From the IMG/VR virus record IMGVR_UViG_3300025543_000036, positions 1 through 54,081 of that record: a stretch of 54,081 nucleotides of DNA; one strand, given 5' to 3'. This stretch comes from a virus (lineage: Duplodnaviria; Caudoviricetes). Position 1 is the first letter of the stretch. Each line of letters starts with the position of its first letter. Made by a program: the position numbers and the translations under genes. The notes beneath the pieces were generated by a model that had not been told where the DNA came from, searched no databases, and was given only the letters and a program-made list of their open reading frames with translations. Below, in pieces: positions 45,971 to 54,081 of the stretch.

Positions 45971-47695
45971 ATGGAAGTTGTCTTAGACATTGAGACTGAT
46001 GGCTTAGATGCAACAGAAATATTTTGTATCGTAGCCAAGGAACGTAAGTCAGGTAAGATACATGTCTGGAAAGAGCAACAGTGTTATGAAACATTTCCTC
46101 TGTTCGCAAAGCGTGTGTCTAAATTTATCATGCACAACGGCATATCTTTTGATGCTCACGTTCTTAACAATCTTACTTCAGTTGATATTGATATAGATCG
46201 TATTGAGGATACTCTAATCTTATCCCAGCTATCATCTCCTGTAAGAGACGGCGGTCACTCCCTGGAATCCTGGGGACAAAGGCTAGGCTTCGATAAGATA
46301 GACTTCCATGACTTCTCTTGTCTCACTCAAGAGATGGTGGACTATTGTATTCGAGATGTAGAACTTACCGAGAGAGTTTACATTGCGCTTCAGCCAGACA
46401 TACAAGCTATTCGTAGGCAGTGCATAGACTTAGAGTATGAAGTCAGGAAGTTAGTTTCTCAACAAGAAAGGAATGGCTTCACCTTGGATATGCAGAAGGC
46501 TACTTGTCTTGTTGCTAAATTAAAAGATCAATCAGATCAAATTGAAAAAGATGTTACAGATATGTTCCCGCCTATACCTGTGCTTGTCAGGGAAGTTACA
46601 CCTAAAATTAAAAAGGATGGCAGCTTATCTACGGTCGGGCTAAGACACATAGAAGATATATCTACTGTTGGTGGTGTTCACTCTGCTATAGACTATCAAG
46701 AATTTAACCTGTCTTCCAGGCAACAGATAGTTAAAAGACTTTTATCTAGAGGTTGGAAGCCTAAGAAGTTTACAGAGAAAGGTCATCCGATTGTTGATGA
46801 GGGTGTGCTGAAGGATGTAGATTTACCTGAAGCAAAGAAGATAGCAGAGTTTCTCATGCTTCGGAAAAGGATAGCACAGATACAATCGTGGATAGATGCT
46901 GTTAAAGATGATGGAAAGGTACATGGACAAGTTCTTACGCTACGTGCTATCTCTGGAAGAATGGCGCATCATTCTCCGAATATGGCGCAGGTTCCAGCTA
47001 GTTACTCACCGTATGGTAAGGAGTGCAGAGAATGCTGGACTGCTGGGGATTCACCTAGTCTTGTACTTGTTGGCTGTGATGCTTCTTCTTTGGAACTACG
47101 TGCGCTGGCACATTATTTAAACGATAGTAAGTTCACTAGCGATGTTGTTGATGGTGACATACACACTGCTAACCAACATGCGGCAGGGTTAGAGACACGC
47201 GATCAAGCTAAGACATTTATCTATGCGTTCATCTATGGTGCAGGGGCAGCTAAAATTGGCTCTGTGGTAGGCGGTACGGCACAAGATGGTCAGAGACTAA
47301 TAGATACCTTTTTGTCTAACGTACCGGCCTTGGCAACGCTTAGAGAGAAAGTAGACGCTGCCTCTAACAGAGGATATCTTATCGGTTTGGATGGTAGGAA
47401 ACTCATGGTGAGGAACAAACATTCGGCAGTAAATCTTTTAGTACAAGGTGCGGGTGCAGTAATATGTAAGCAATGGTTAGTTGACATACATAATTTATTA
47501 TCGTATACACAAATGAAAGCGCGTCTTGTTGCGTCAATACATGATGAATACCAACATGAAATTAATAAAGATCAGGCTGAAGAATTTGGAGAGCTAACCA
47601 AATTGGCTATGAGGAAAACTCAAGAAAGGTTAGGTATCAAATGCCCACTGGACAGCGAATACAAAGTCGGCCACAACTGGTCACAGACGCATTAG
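45971..47695 (+). CDS. polA: DNA polymerase family A (T7 gp5-like)
   Basis: DIETD and HNGISFD exonuclease motifs, DASSLELR, KTFIYAFIYG, IHDE. Confidence 0.95.
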   Translation: MEVVLDIETDGLDATEIFCIVAKERKSGKIHVWKEQQCYETFPLFAKRVSKFIMHNGISFDAHVLNNLTSVDIDIDRIEDTLILSQLSSPVRDGGHSLESWGQRLGFDKIDFHDFSCLTQEMVDYCIRDVELTERVYIALQPDIQAIRRQCIDLEYEVRKLVSQQERNGFTLDMQKATCLVAKLKDQSDQIEKDVTDMFPPIPVLVREVTPKIKKDGSLSTVGLRHIEDISTVGGVHSAIDYQEFNLSSRQQIVKRLLSRGWKPKKFTEKGHPIVDEGVLKDVDLPEAKKIAEFLMLRKRIAQIQSWIDAVKDDGKVHGQVLTLRAISGRMAHHSPNMAQVPASYSPYGKECRECWTAGDSPSLVLVGCDASSLELRALAHYLNDSKFTSDVVDGDIHTANQHAAGLETRDQAKTFIYAFIYGAGAAKIGSVVGGTAQDGQRLIDTFLSNVPALATLREKVDAASNRGYLIGLDGRKLMVRNKHSAVNLLVQGAGAVICKQWLVDIHNLLSYTQMKARLVASIHDEYQHEINKDQAEEFGELTKLAMRKTQERLGIKCPLDSEYKVGHNWSQTH

Positions 47696-48207
47696 TAACT
47701 TTAACAACTGCAGAGTTAAGGACCAGTGCGTTCATTGGTAAGTCTCGTAGTCAAAAGAATAGAGGCGCTGGGATATTTGATAGCTCCATTGCAGATACTA
47801 ACATGATAGATATCATAGGTGCAGAAGCAGAGTTAGCCTTTGCAAAGCTATGTAACTTATACCCGATAGACTTTATGATACTTGATCCTAAATCAAAAGC
47901 TAAAGGGACTGACGATGGTGATCTAAATATAGACGGTGTTTGTGTTGATGTTAAAACTACAATCCATGAGAATGGAATGTTAATTTCTAACTCAAGACAT
48001 CTTTCCGGTATAGATTTATTTGCTTTAATAATAAAGAAAGGAGAAGATACGTTCCAATTAAAAGGCTTTATGCTTGCGACTGAACTTATAGTTAAAGATA
48101 GGTTTGGCAGAGCAAACGGCAAACTTAGAAGACCTGCATACGTGGCTACACAAGATGAACTATATTGTTATGAAACCGCTATGCAGAAGTTAAAAAAAAT
48201 ATCTTGA
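47641..48207 (+). CDS. Hypothetical protein, possible PD-(D/E)XK fold
   Basis: GAEAE...DDGD...VDVKT. Confidence 0.5.
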   Translation: MPTGQRIQSRPQLVTDALVTLTTAELRTSAFIGKSRSQKNRGAGIFDSSIADTNMIDIIGAEAELAFAKLCNLYPIDFMILDPKSKAKGTDDGDLNIDGVCVDVKTTIHENGMLISNSRHLSGIDLFALIIKKGEDTFQLKGFMLATELIVKDRFGRANGKLRRPAYVATQDELYCYETAMQKLKKIS

Positions 48208-48232
48208 CACTATAAAATTATACCTGTATTTT
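48204..48232 (+). promoter_or_regulatory. Putative sigma70 promoter for ssb-gmd operon
   Basis: TTGACA-N17-TATTTT. Confidence 0.55.
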
Positions 48233-48291
48233 ATAAACTCAACTATCAAACTAAGTAGTTAGGCTTAGTAAACTGTAAAGGAGAATACACT

Positions 48292-48759
48292 ATGGATACT
48301 CATATTATTTCTGGTAAAGCCTACTGGGCAAGCGTTGTTAAACCAAACACAACTTACGAAGATACGTGGCAAGTTGATGTTTGCCTTGATGAAGACAGTA
48401 AAAGTATGGTCGAAAGTCTTGGCCTTACTGTTCAGAACAAAGGCGATGAGAAGGGTGACTTTGTAAAAATTAAGCGTAAAGTCTACAAGAATGATGGCGC
48501 TATGCGTCCCGCTCCTATTGTTAAAGATTCTGAAAACAACGATTGGGATGGTAGGCTTATTGGAAATGGTAGTCTGGTCAATGTTAAATTCTCTACTTAT
48601 GATTGGAACTACAACAATAAGCAAGGCAAAGCCTCTTTTCTTCTTGCTGTTCAGGTAGTTGACTTAGTTCCCTACGGGGGTGGTTCAGAATTTGAACCTG
48701 TTAAAGATGGCTTTGTAGTTGGTGGTGGTAGTGAGGCTGTTCAAGAAGCTCCTTTCTAG
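48292..48759 (+). CDS. ssb: Single-stranded DNA-binding protein (T7 gp2.5-like)
   Basis: GKAYWA, IGNGS, AVQVVDLV, C-terminus EAPF. Confidence 0.8.
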   Translation: MDTHIISGKAYWASVVKPNTTYEDTWQVDVCLDEDSKSMVESLGLTVQNKGDEKGDFVKIKRKVYKNDGAMRPAPIVKDSENNDWDGRLIGNGSLVNVKFSTYDWNYNNKQGKASFLLAVQVVDLVPYGGGSEFEPVKDGFVVGGGSEAVQEAPF

Positions 48760-48852
48760 AACAGATCACAATAAGGGGTTGCCTCTCTGGGTAAAATGCG
48801 GCAACTAAGTTAGTAGTGCGGGAGGGAGACTAACACTTTTAAGGAAATAACT

Positions 48853-49932
48853 ATGTCAAAACATGCTTTAATTACAGGACTTACTGGACAAGATGGTTCT
48901 TATTTAGCTGAATTACTCCTATCAAAAAACTATCACGTTCATGGTTTGGTCAGGCGTAGCTCAACACCTAACACAAAAAATATAGAACATATTATAGACA
49001 ACCCTAACATCTCCATACATGTAGGAGACATGACTGATAGCGCTGGTTTAACTAAGATAGTAAACAACATCAAGCCTGATGAAGTTTATAACCTAGCTGC
49101 ACAAAGCCATGTTAAAATATCTTTTGATACACCTGTATGTACGGGAGACATAAACGCTCTTGGTTCAATGCGTTTGCTTGAGGCATGTAGGAATATAAAA
49201 GATTGTCCTCAACCAAAGTTTTATCAAGCTTCATCCAGCGAGTTGTTTGGAAAGATACAGGAGCCAATTCAAAATGAAACAACTCCAATGTATCCTCGCT
49301 CACCCTATGGCGTAGCAAAACACTATGCCTACTGGGCAGTAAAGAATTATCGAGAAGCCTATAACATGTTTGCTTGTAATGGCATCCTGTTCAACCATGA
49401 AAGTCCTAGACGAGGAGAAGAGTTTGTCACTAGAAAAGTAACTAAGTATGTGGCTAACTGGCATCCAAATTCTAAGCCACTTGAGTTAGGAAATCTTTCT
49501 AGTCTGCGAGATTGGGGACATGCCAAAGATTATGTTAAGGGCATGTGGCTTATGCTGCAAGCGTCAGAGGCTGATGACTATGTGTTAGCTACAGGTAAGA
49601 AGAACAGTGTACGCGAACTGGTAGAAAGTTGTTTCTTGATAGCCTGTAACAGGACTATTGTCTGGGAAGGGGAAGGACTTGACGAGAAGGGATATGTTTT
49701 CTTCACTGACGTATACGACAAACCTCAAAAAAATTTAGTGGTTGTAGTTAATCCTGATTTTTATAGGCCGTCTGAAGTAGATGTTCTATGTGGAGATTCC
49801 ACCAAGGCTAAGACAAAATTAAAATGGACATGTGATTATAATTTTATATCTCTAATAAAAGAGATGCTACTAGCAGATAAACCAGAGAAATATTGGTTTA
49901 CAAACGGAGGTGAATTACCTGATGGTTACTGA
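48853..49932 (+). CDS. gmd: GDP-mannose 4,6-dehydratase
   Basis: ITGLTGQDGSYLA, YNLAAQSHV, QASSSE, SPYGVAK, FNHESPRRG, RDWGHAKDY. Confidence 0.95.
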   Translation: MSKHALITGLTGQDGSYLAELLLSKNYHVHGLVRRSSTPNTKNIEHIIDNPNISIHVGDMTDSAGLTKIVNNIKPDEVYNLAAQSHVKISFDTPVCTGDINALGSMRLLEACRNIKDCPQPKFYQASSSELFGKIQEPIQNETTPMYPRSPYGVAKHYAYWAVKNYREAYNMFACNGILFNHESPRRGEEFVTRKVTKYVANWHPNSKPLELGNLSSLRDWGHAKDYVKGMWLMLQASEADDYVLATGKKNSVRELVESCFLIACNRTIVWEGEGLDEKGYVFFTDVYDKPQKNLVVVVNPDFYRPSEVDVLCGDSTKAKTKLKWTCDYNFISLIKEMLLADKPEKYWFTNGGELPDGY

Positions 49933-51103
49933 AATTAACTGGCCTTTAGCCCATGACACTTGGGATAATAAAGAACGAGATGCAATGCATGAAGTTATTG
50001 CTTCTGGTAGATTTACTTTCGGAGAAAAAGTAAAAAAGTTTGAGGATGAATTTTGTGAGTACTTTGGATTTCCTTACGCTGTTCAAGTTAACAGTGGTGG
50101 TAGCGCTAACCTTTTAATGGTGGCGGCTGCTGTCGAAAGAGGATGGATATCCAAGGGAGATAAAGTTATTGTACCTGCTGTTGGCTGGAGTACATCTTAC
50201 TTCCCATTTATTCAGTACGGCATTGATTTAGTTTTCGTAGATGTTGATGAAGATACTTGGAATATTAATGTAGATCAAATTGAAGACAACATAAAGGATG
50301 ATGTGCGAGGTATTCTAGCTATCAATATTTTAGGTAATCCTTGTGACTTTAAAACACTTAACTCTCTATGTGATAAATATGATTTACTATTATTTGAAGA
50401 CAACTGTGAGTCTATGGGTGCAAAACAAGGAGACACTTACTGTGGTGGGTTTGGTGATATAGGTACGTTCAGTACGTTCTTCAGTCATCACATACAAACT
50501 ATGGAAGGTGGTATGGTTGTCTGTAATGATCCTGAGACATATAACAAGCTACTAAGTCTTAGGTCACATGGGTGGACAAGAGGTACAAAGTACTACACAA
50601 ACAATCCCTTTGAGTTTGTCACTCTAGGATACAACGTGCGGCCAGGAGAATTGAACGGCGCTTTAGGTTCTGTCCAGCTAAATAAATTAGATGACATGAA
50701 CAATCAAAGAATTAAAAACGCAGATACATTTATAAAATATTTTGATAACAAAGACTACTGCAGGATTCAAAAGGTGGGGGATAATAGTCTTTCCTCATGG
50801 TTTGGTTTTGGTCTTGTCTTTGATCGTAACTCGTTCAGGCAAAGAACAAAACAAATTCTCGAAGAGTATTCTATTGATAACAGACCTATATGTACTGGTA
50901 ATTTTTTCAATCAGCCTGTATGTAAGAAGTATTATAAGAACATTGAGAGAGGAGCAGCACTGGTTGAAGCACGTAAACTTGATGACAATGGTTTGTTCTT
51001 AGGAAACAACCCTATGGATTTAGAACCAGCTATAAAAAGCCTTAGTAAAATTTTAGACTATGAATTTAGTGAGAAAAATATTTTAAATTCAGGATCATAT
51101 TGA
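49910..51103 (+). CDS. colD: DegT-family PLP enzyme, ColD-type GDP-4-keto-6-deoxymannose 3-dehydratase
   Basis: EDNCESMGA and TFSTFFSHHIQTMEGG with His at the usual Lys position; GYNVRP. Confidence 0.75.
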   Translation: MNYLMVTEINWPLAHDTWDNKERDAMHEVIASGRFTFGEKVKKFEDEFCEYFGFPYAVQVNSGGSANLLMVAAAVERGWISKGDKVIVPAVGWSTSYFPFIQYGIDLVFVDVDEDTWNINVDQIEDNIKDDVRGILAINILGNPCDFKTLNSLCDKYDLLLFEDNCESMGAKQGDTYCGGFGDIGTFSTFFSHHIQTMEGGMVVCNDPETYNKLLSLRSHGWTRGTKYYTNNPFEFVTLGYNVRPGELNGALGSVQLNKLDDMNNQRIKNADTFIKYFDNKDYCRIQKVGDNSLSSWFGFGLVFDRNSFRQRTKQILEEYSIDNRPICTGNFFNQPVCKKYYKNIERGAALVEARKLDDNGLFLGNNPMDLEPAIKSLSKILDYEFSEKNILNSGSY

Positions 51104-51967
51104 ATGGCAAAAACTATAGATACTATTGTTGAAGATATCTACAACATCTTTGAATGTGATGAAGAGGTTAAGGTAAAGAAAGAAGACTTAGATGAATTAG
51201 CAAAAGGTATAGTGGATGCTGTCACTGGCTCCATTAAAGAGAGAGAAAGATCAAGAGGTAATTTAAGGCTGTCTCTTATCGGTCATCCTGACAGAAAGAT
51301 TTGGTACACTGTTAGAGATGGCGACAAGATGGGTAAGGAAAAGTTAAAGGGACAAGACAAAATAAAGTTCTTGTATGGTCATATCCTAGAGTGTCTTCTT
51401 GTCTTTCTCTCTCGCACTGCCGGTCATACAGTTACTGATGAACAGAAGACTGTTACTGTTAATGGCGTGGTCGGTCATCAAGATGCCATAGTTGATGATG
51501 TTCTTGTTGACTTCAAGAGTGCATCAAGTTATGCGTTTAAAAAATTTAAAGAAAATACAATTCATTCGGATGATCCGTTTGGTTACATAGCACAAATATC
51601 TGCTTATGCTAAAGCAAACAACCTAGATAAAGCTGGCTTCATAGCAATAGACAAATCATCCGGTGAGATTTGTTATTGTCCTGTACATTCAATGGAGATG
51701 ATAAATGCAGAAGAAAGGATTGAGTCTCTTAAACAGACTGTTAAATCTGATGTTGCTCCCCCTCGCTGTTATAGCGATATTCCTGATGGTAAGTCTGGGA
51801 ACCATAAGCTTCATATTGGCTGTGTTTATTGTTCTTATAAGCATGTTTGTTGGGCTGATGCTAACGGTGGTCAAGGACTTAAAAAATTCAATTACTCTAC
51901 TGGTCCGAGGTACTTAACCAGGATAGGCCGTATGCCTGATGTAGAGGAAATACATGAAGAGATTTAG
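51104..51967 (+). CDS. PD-(D/E)XK exonuclease (Cas4/RecB-like)
   Basis: GHQD, VDFKSAS, YIAQISAY, CVYC..C. Confidence 0.75.
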   Translation: MAKTIDTIVEDIYNIFECDEEVKVKKEDLDELAKGIVDAVTGSIKERERSRGNLRLSLIGHPDRKIWYTVRDGDKMGKEKLKGQDKIKFLYGHILECLLVFLSRTAGHTVTDEQKTVTVNGVVGHQDAIVDDVLVDFKSASSYAFKKFKENTIHSDDPFGYIAQISAYAKANNLDKAGFIAIDKSSGEICYCPVHSMEMINAEERIESLKQTVKSDVAPPRCYSDIPDGKSGNHKLHIGCVYCSYKHVCWADANGGQGLKKFNYSTGPRYLTRIGRMPDVEEIHEEI

Positions 51968-52379
51968 ATCAAAGTCTGAAAAGAAAGCAAATGATTTTTT
52001 AAAGGATAAAAAGGTTTCGTTTAAATTTGAACCTTACTATGTTAAATATATGTGGATTGAAAACAAAAAGTATCTACCTGATTTTGTCCTAGACAATGGA
52101 ATTATTTTAGAAGTTAAAGGTAGGTTTACTTTAGATGACAGAAAGAAACATCTCTTTCTTAGAGAGAGTAATCCAGATTTGGATGTTAGATTTGTATTCG
52201 ACAACCCTAATACTAAACTTTACAAAGGGGCTAAATCAACCTATGCTAACTGGTGTAGCAAGCAGGGGTTTTTATTTTGCAAACTATCTGATGGTATTCC
52301 TGAAGGGTGGATAAGTGGAAAAAAAAGAAACAAAGATTCTTCTAGAAATAGAAGAGATAATAAAAAAAAGAAAGGCTGA
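51954..52379 (+). CDS. T7 endonuclease I-like resolvase
   Basis: FRSKSE, YLPDF, EVKGRF, DVRFVF, TYANWC. Confidence 0.88.
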   Translation: MKRFRSKSEKKANDFLKDKKVSFKFEPYYVKYMWIENKKYLPDFVLDNGIILEVKGRFTLDDRKKHLFLRESNPDLDVRFVFDNPNTKLYKGAKSTYANWCSKQGFLFCKLSDGIPEGWISGKKRNKDSSRNRRDNKKKKG

Positions 52380-52659
52380 TCCAGAACAGCTTCTGTTTAT
52401 GAGTGTTATATTGCAAGCCATGCTTGATGCCACTAAACCAGTAACACCAAAGGAATCAGATGAAGCTATAGCAGCCAGAGAAACATCCATGTCTTGGTTC
52501 TTCTGCTCTGTAGGGGTGACTGCGGATGACTTTATGACTGTCTGTGATATAGCGGATGTTGATCCTGATTATGTACGATCATTCGCCCATAAAGTTATAC
52601 GGTCAAAAGAAATTGATTTTGTGAGGAAAAGAATAAACACTGTCTTAACTTTTAATTAG
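52315..52659 (+). CDS. Hypothetical protein
   Basis: 114 aa, LFMSVILQAMLDA...WFF...DFMTVC. Confidence 0.6.
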   Translation: MEKKETKILLEIEEIIKKRKADPEQLLFMSVILQAMLDATKPVTPKESDEAIAARETSMSWFFCSVGVTADDFMTVCDIADVDPDYVRSFAHKVIRSKEIDFVRKRINTVLTFN

Positions 52660-52669
52660 GAAAAGACCT

Positions 52670-52939
52670 ATGTACCAGTTTGATGAAGAACATTATTTAG
52701 AAGAGATACATAACTACATTGATGAGACTTACAGTCAACACTATGCTCAAGGTAAATATCAAGCCACAGATGTAATTTTAGATGCGGGATACGGCGAAGG
52801 TTTCTGCATAGGTAACATACTGAAATACTGTAAGAGGTATGGAAAAAAAGCAGGTAGGAATAGAAAAGATTTGTTAAAGGTAATTCACTATGCAATAATT
52901 ATGCTCCACATCCATGACCAAAAAGAGGAAGGAAGCTAA
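52670..52939 (+). CDS. DUF3310/SaV-like protein
   Basis: HY, GFCIGNILKY, RYGKK, DLLKVIHY. Confidence 0.7.
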   Translation: MYQFDEEHYLEEIHNYIDETYSQHYAQGKYQATDVILDAGYGEGFCIGNILKYCKRYGKKAGRNRKDLLKVIHYAIIMLHIHDQKEEGS

Positions 52940-52942
52940 TTT

Positions 52943-54081
52943 ATGACACAGTTTCGCTCAAATGAAAATCCTATGTTCCGTTCTAAATTCAGTGAAGATA
53001 TTTTCAAACATAAATACGCACATACGGGTTGTGAAACTTGGTCAAGTTTAGCAGCGGTTCTTGTCGAAGATGTTTGCCAAGAACATATGAGCAAAGAAGA
53101 CAAAGATGATCTTGCTAACTACATTACAGATTTAAAATTTATTCCTGGCGGCAGATACCTGTATTATGCTGGTCGTCCTAACAAGTTCTTTAATAACTGT
53201 TATCTGTTAAAGGCAGAAGAAGACACAAGAGAAGATTGGGCAGATGTTTCTTGGAAGTCTGAATCGTGCCTTATGACAGGTGGTGGCATAGGTATAGACT
53301 ACTCTGTGTACAGGGAAGAGGGACGCATCCTGGCTGGTACAGGTGGCTTGTCTTCTGGACCTATACCTAAGATGCAGATGATCAACGAGATTGGTCGTAG
53401 GGTTATGCAGGGTGGCAGCAGAAGGTCTGCTATTTATGCTAGTCTTAACTGGCAACATAAAGACATAGATAAATTTCTTGAGTGTAAAAACTGGCATGAA
53501 ATGCCTGTAGGTAATACAGGGTTTACTATTGCACAAGTAAAGGAACAGGATTTTAATTTTATTGCGCCTCTTGATATGACTAACATTAGTGTGAACTACG
53601 ACACTGATTGGTTGTTGAATTACTGGCGCACGGGAGAAGTTGGGGAAGTCTTTCAAAAGAATGTCAGACAGGCTTTGAGTACGGCAGAACCTGGATTTAG
53701 TTTTAACTTCTTTGATAAAGAAAAAGAGACATTGCGTAACGCTTGCACTGAAGTGTGTAGCGAGGACGACTCGGACGTATGTAATTTAGGTTCGTTAAAT
53801 CTTGGCCGCATTGAAAGCATAAAAGAACTTAGTGACATAGTAGAACTTGCTACGAAGTTTCTTTTGTGTGGCACACTGAGAGCAAAACTTCCATATCAGA
53901 AAGTATACGATGTAAGAGAGAAGAATCGTAGGCTTGGTCTTGGTTTGATGGGCATACATGAGTGGCTAATTAAACGTAATTTTAAGTACGAAGTTACTGA
54001 TGAGCTACATCAATGGCTATCTGTGTATAAGGGCATAAGTGATTCTGTCTCTCATAAATTTTCTGAAGAACTTAGCATAAG
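52943..54081 (+). CDS. nrdJ: Class II ribonucleotide reductase, N-terminal part (not in ORF track; runs off window into base 1)
   Basis: FIPGGRYL, NNCY, GGGIG, QGGSRRSA, AEPG, NACTE, CNLGSLNL; no small (beta) subunit gene present. Confidence 0.9.
   Translation, partial: MTQFRSNENPMFRSKFSEDIFKHKYAHTGCETWSSLAAVLVEDVCQEHMSKEDKDDLANYITDLKFIPGGRYLYYAGRPNKFFNNCYLLKAEEDTREDWADVSWKSESCLMTGGGIGIDYSVYREEGRILAGTGGLSSGPIPKMQMINEIGRRVMQGGSRRSAIYASLNWQHKDIDKFLECKNWHEMPVGNTGFTIAQVKEQDFNFIAPLDMTNISVNYDTDWLLNYWRTGEVGEVFQKNVRQALSTAEPGFSFNFFDKEKETLRNACTEVCSEDDSDVCNLGSLNLGRIESIKELSDIVELATKFLLCGTLRAKLPYQKVYDVREKNRRLGLGLMGIHEWLIKRNFKYEVTDELHQWLSVYKGISDSVSHKFSEELSI
54031..54081. repeat. Terminal overlap copy 2
   Basis: Matches 1-51 with one mismatch. 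Confidence 0.95.

Noticed and set aside
51104-51967. Cas4-like nuclease as evidence of a CRISPR system
   Set aside because: No array or other cas genes; such nucleases are common in phage replication modules
53207-53874. Minus-strand ORFs of 149 and 73 aa
   Set aside because: Antisense to nrdJ, which the ORF track missed because it runs off the window

Overview
The window is an apparently complete, circularly permuted ~54.0-kb genome of a lytic podovirus-like tailed phage. Bases 1-51 repeat as 54031-54081 with one synonymous mismatch, and the class II ribonucleotide reductase reads in frame across the junction. Two arms diverge from a ~900-bp AT-rich non-coding region (34700-35580). The + arm carries early small genes, GP88, a thermonuclease, DUF932, ThyX, T7-like primase-helicase, PolA, SSB, Gmd and a ColD-type dehydratase, exonuclease, endonuclease I, NrdJ, a 2OG-Fe(II) oxygenase, Hsp20, two glycosyltransferases, holin/spanin-like genes and TerS. 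The - arm carries TerL, portal, GroES, scaffold, capsid, adaptors, a cluster of small basic proteins, tail fibres and internal virion proteins. I saw no RNA polymerase, integrase, tRNA or CRISPR array; gene content suggests a marine proteobacterial host (inference). Most interesting signals: (1) a recurring x-x-[KEQD]-G-G-x-[VI]-type tag in many virion-arm proteins that brackets the lysozyme domain and co-occurs with two related GxG..D..AxL..E domains, possibly a virion cargo addressing/processing system; (2) a dispersed dideoxy-sugar (colitose-like) synthesis and GT/MTase/Maf-type transfer pathway that may glycosylate virion proteins or DNA; (3) unannotated micro-ORFs (capsid N-terminus mimic, KYMSKGG repeat peptide, Cys-rich peptide); (4) RNA elements (ROSE-type thermometer before hsp20, kissing hairpins before gmd, an ORF-free promoter-terminator unit). 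Family calls come from motif recognition only; no database searches were run.
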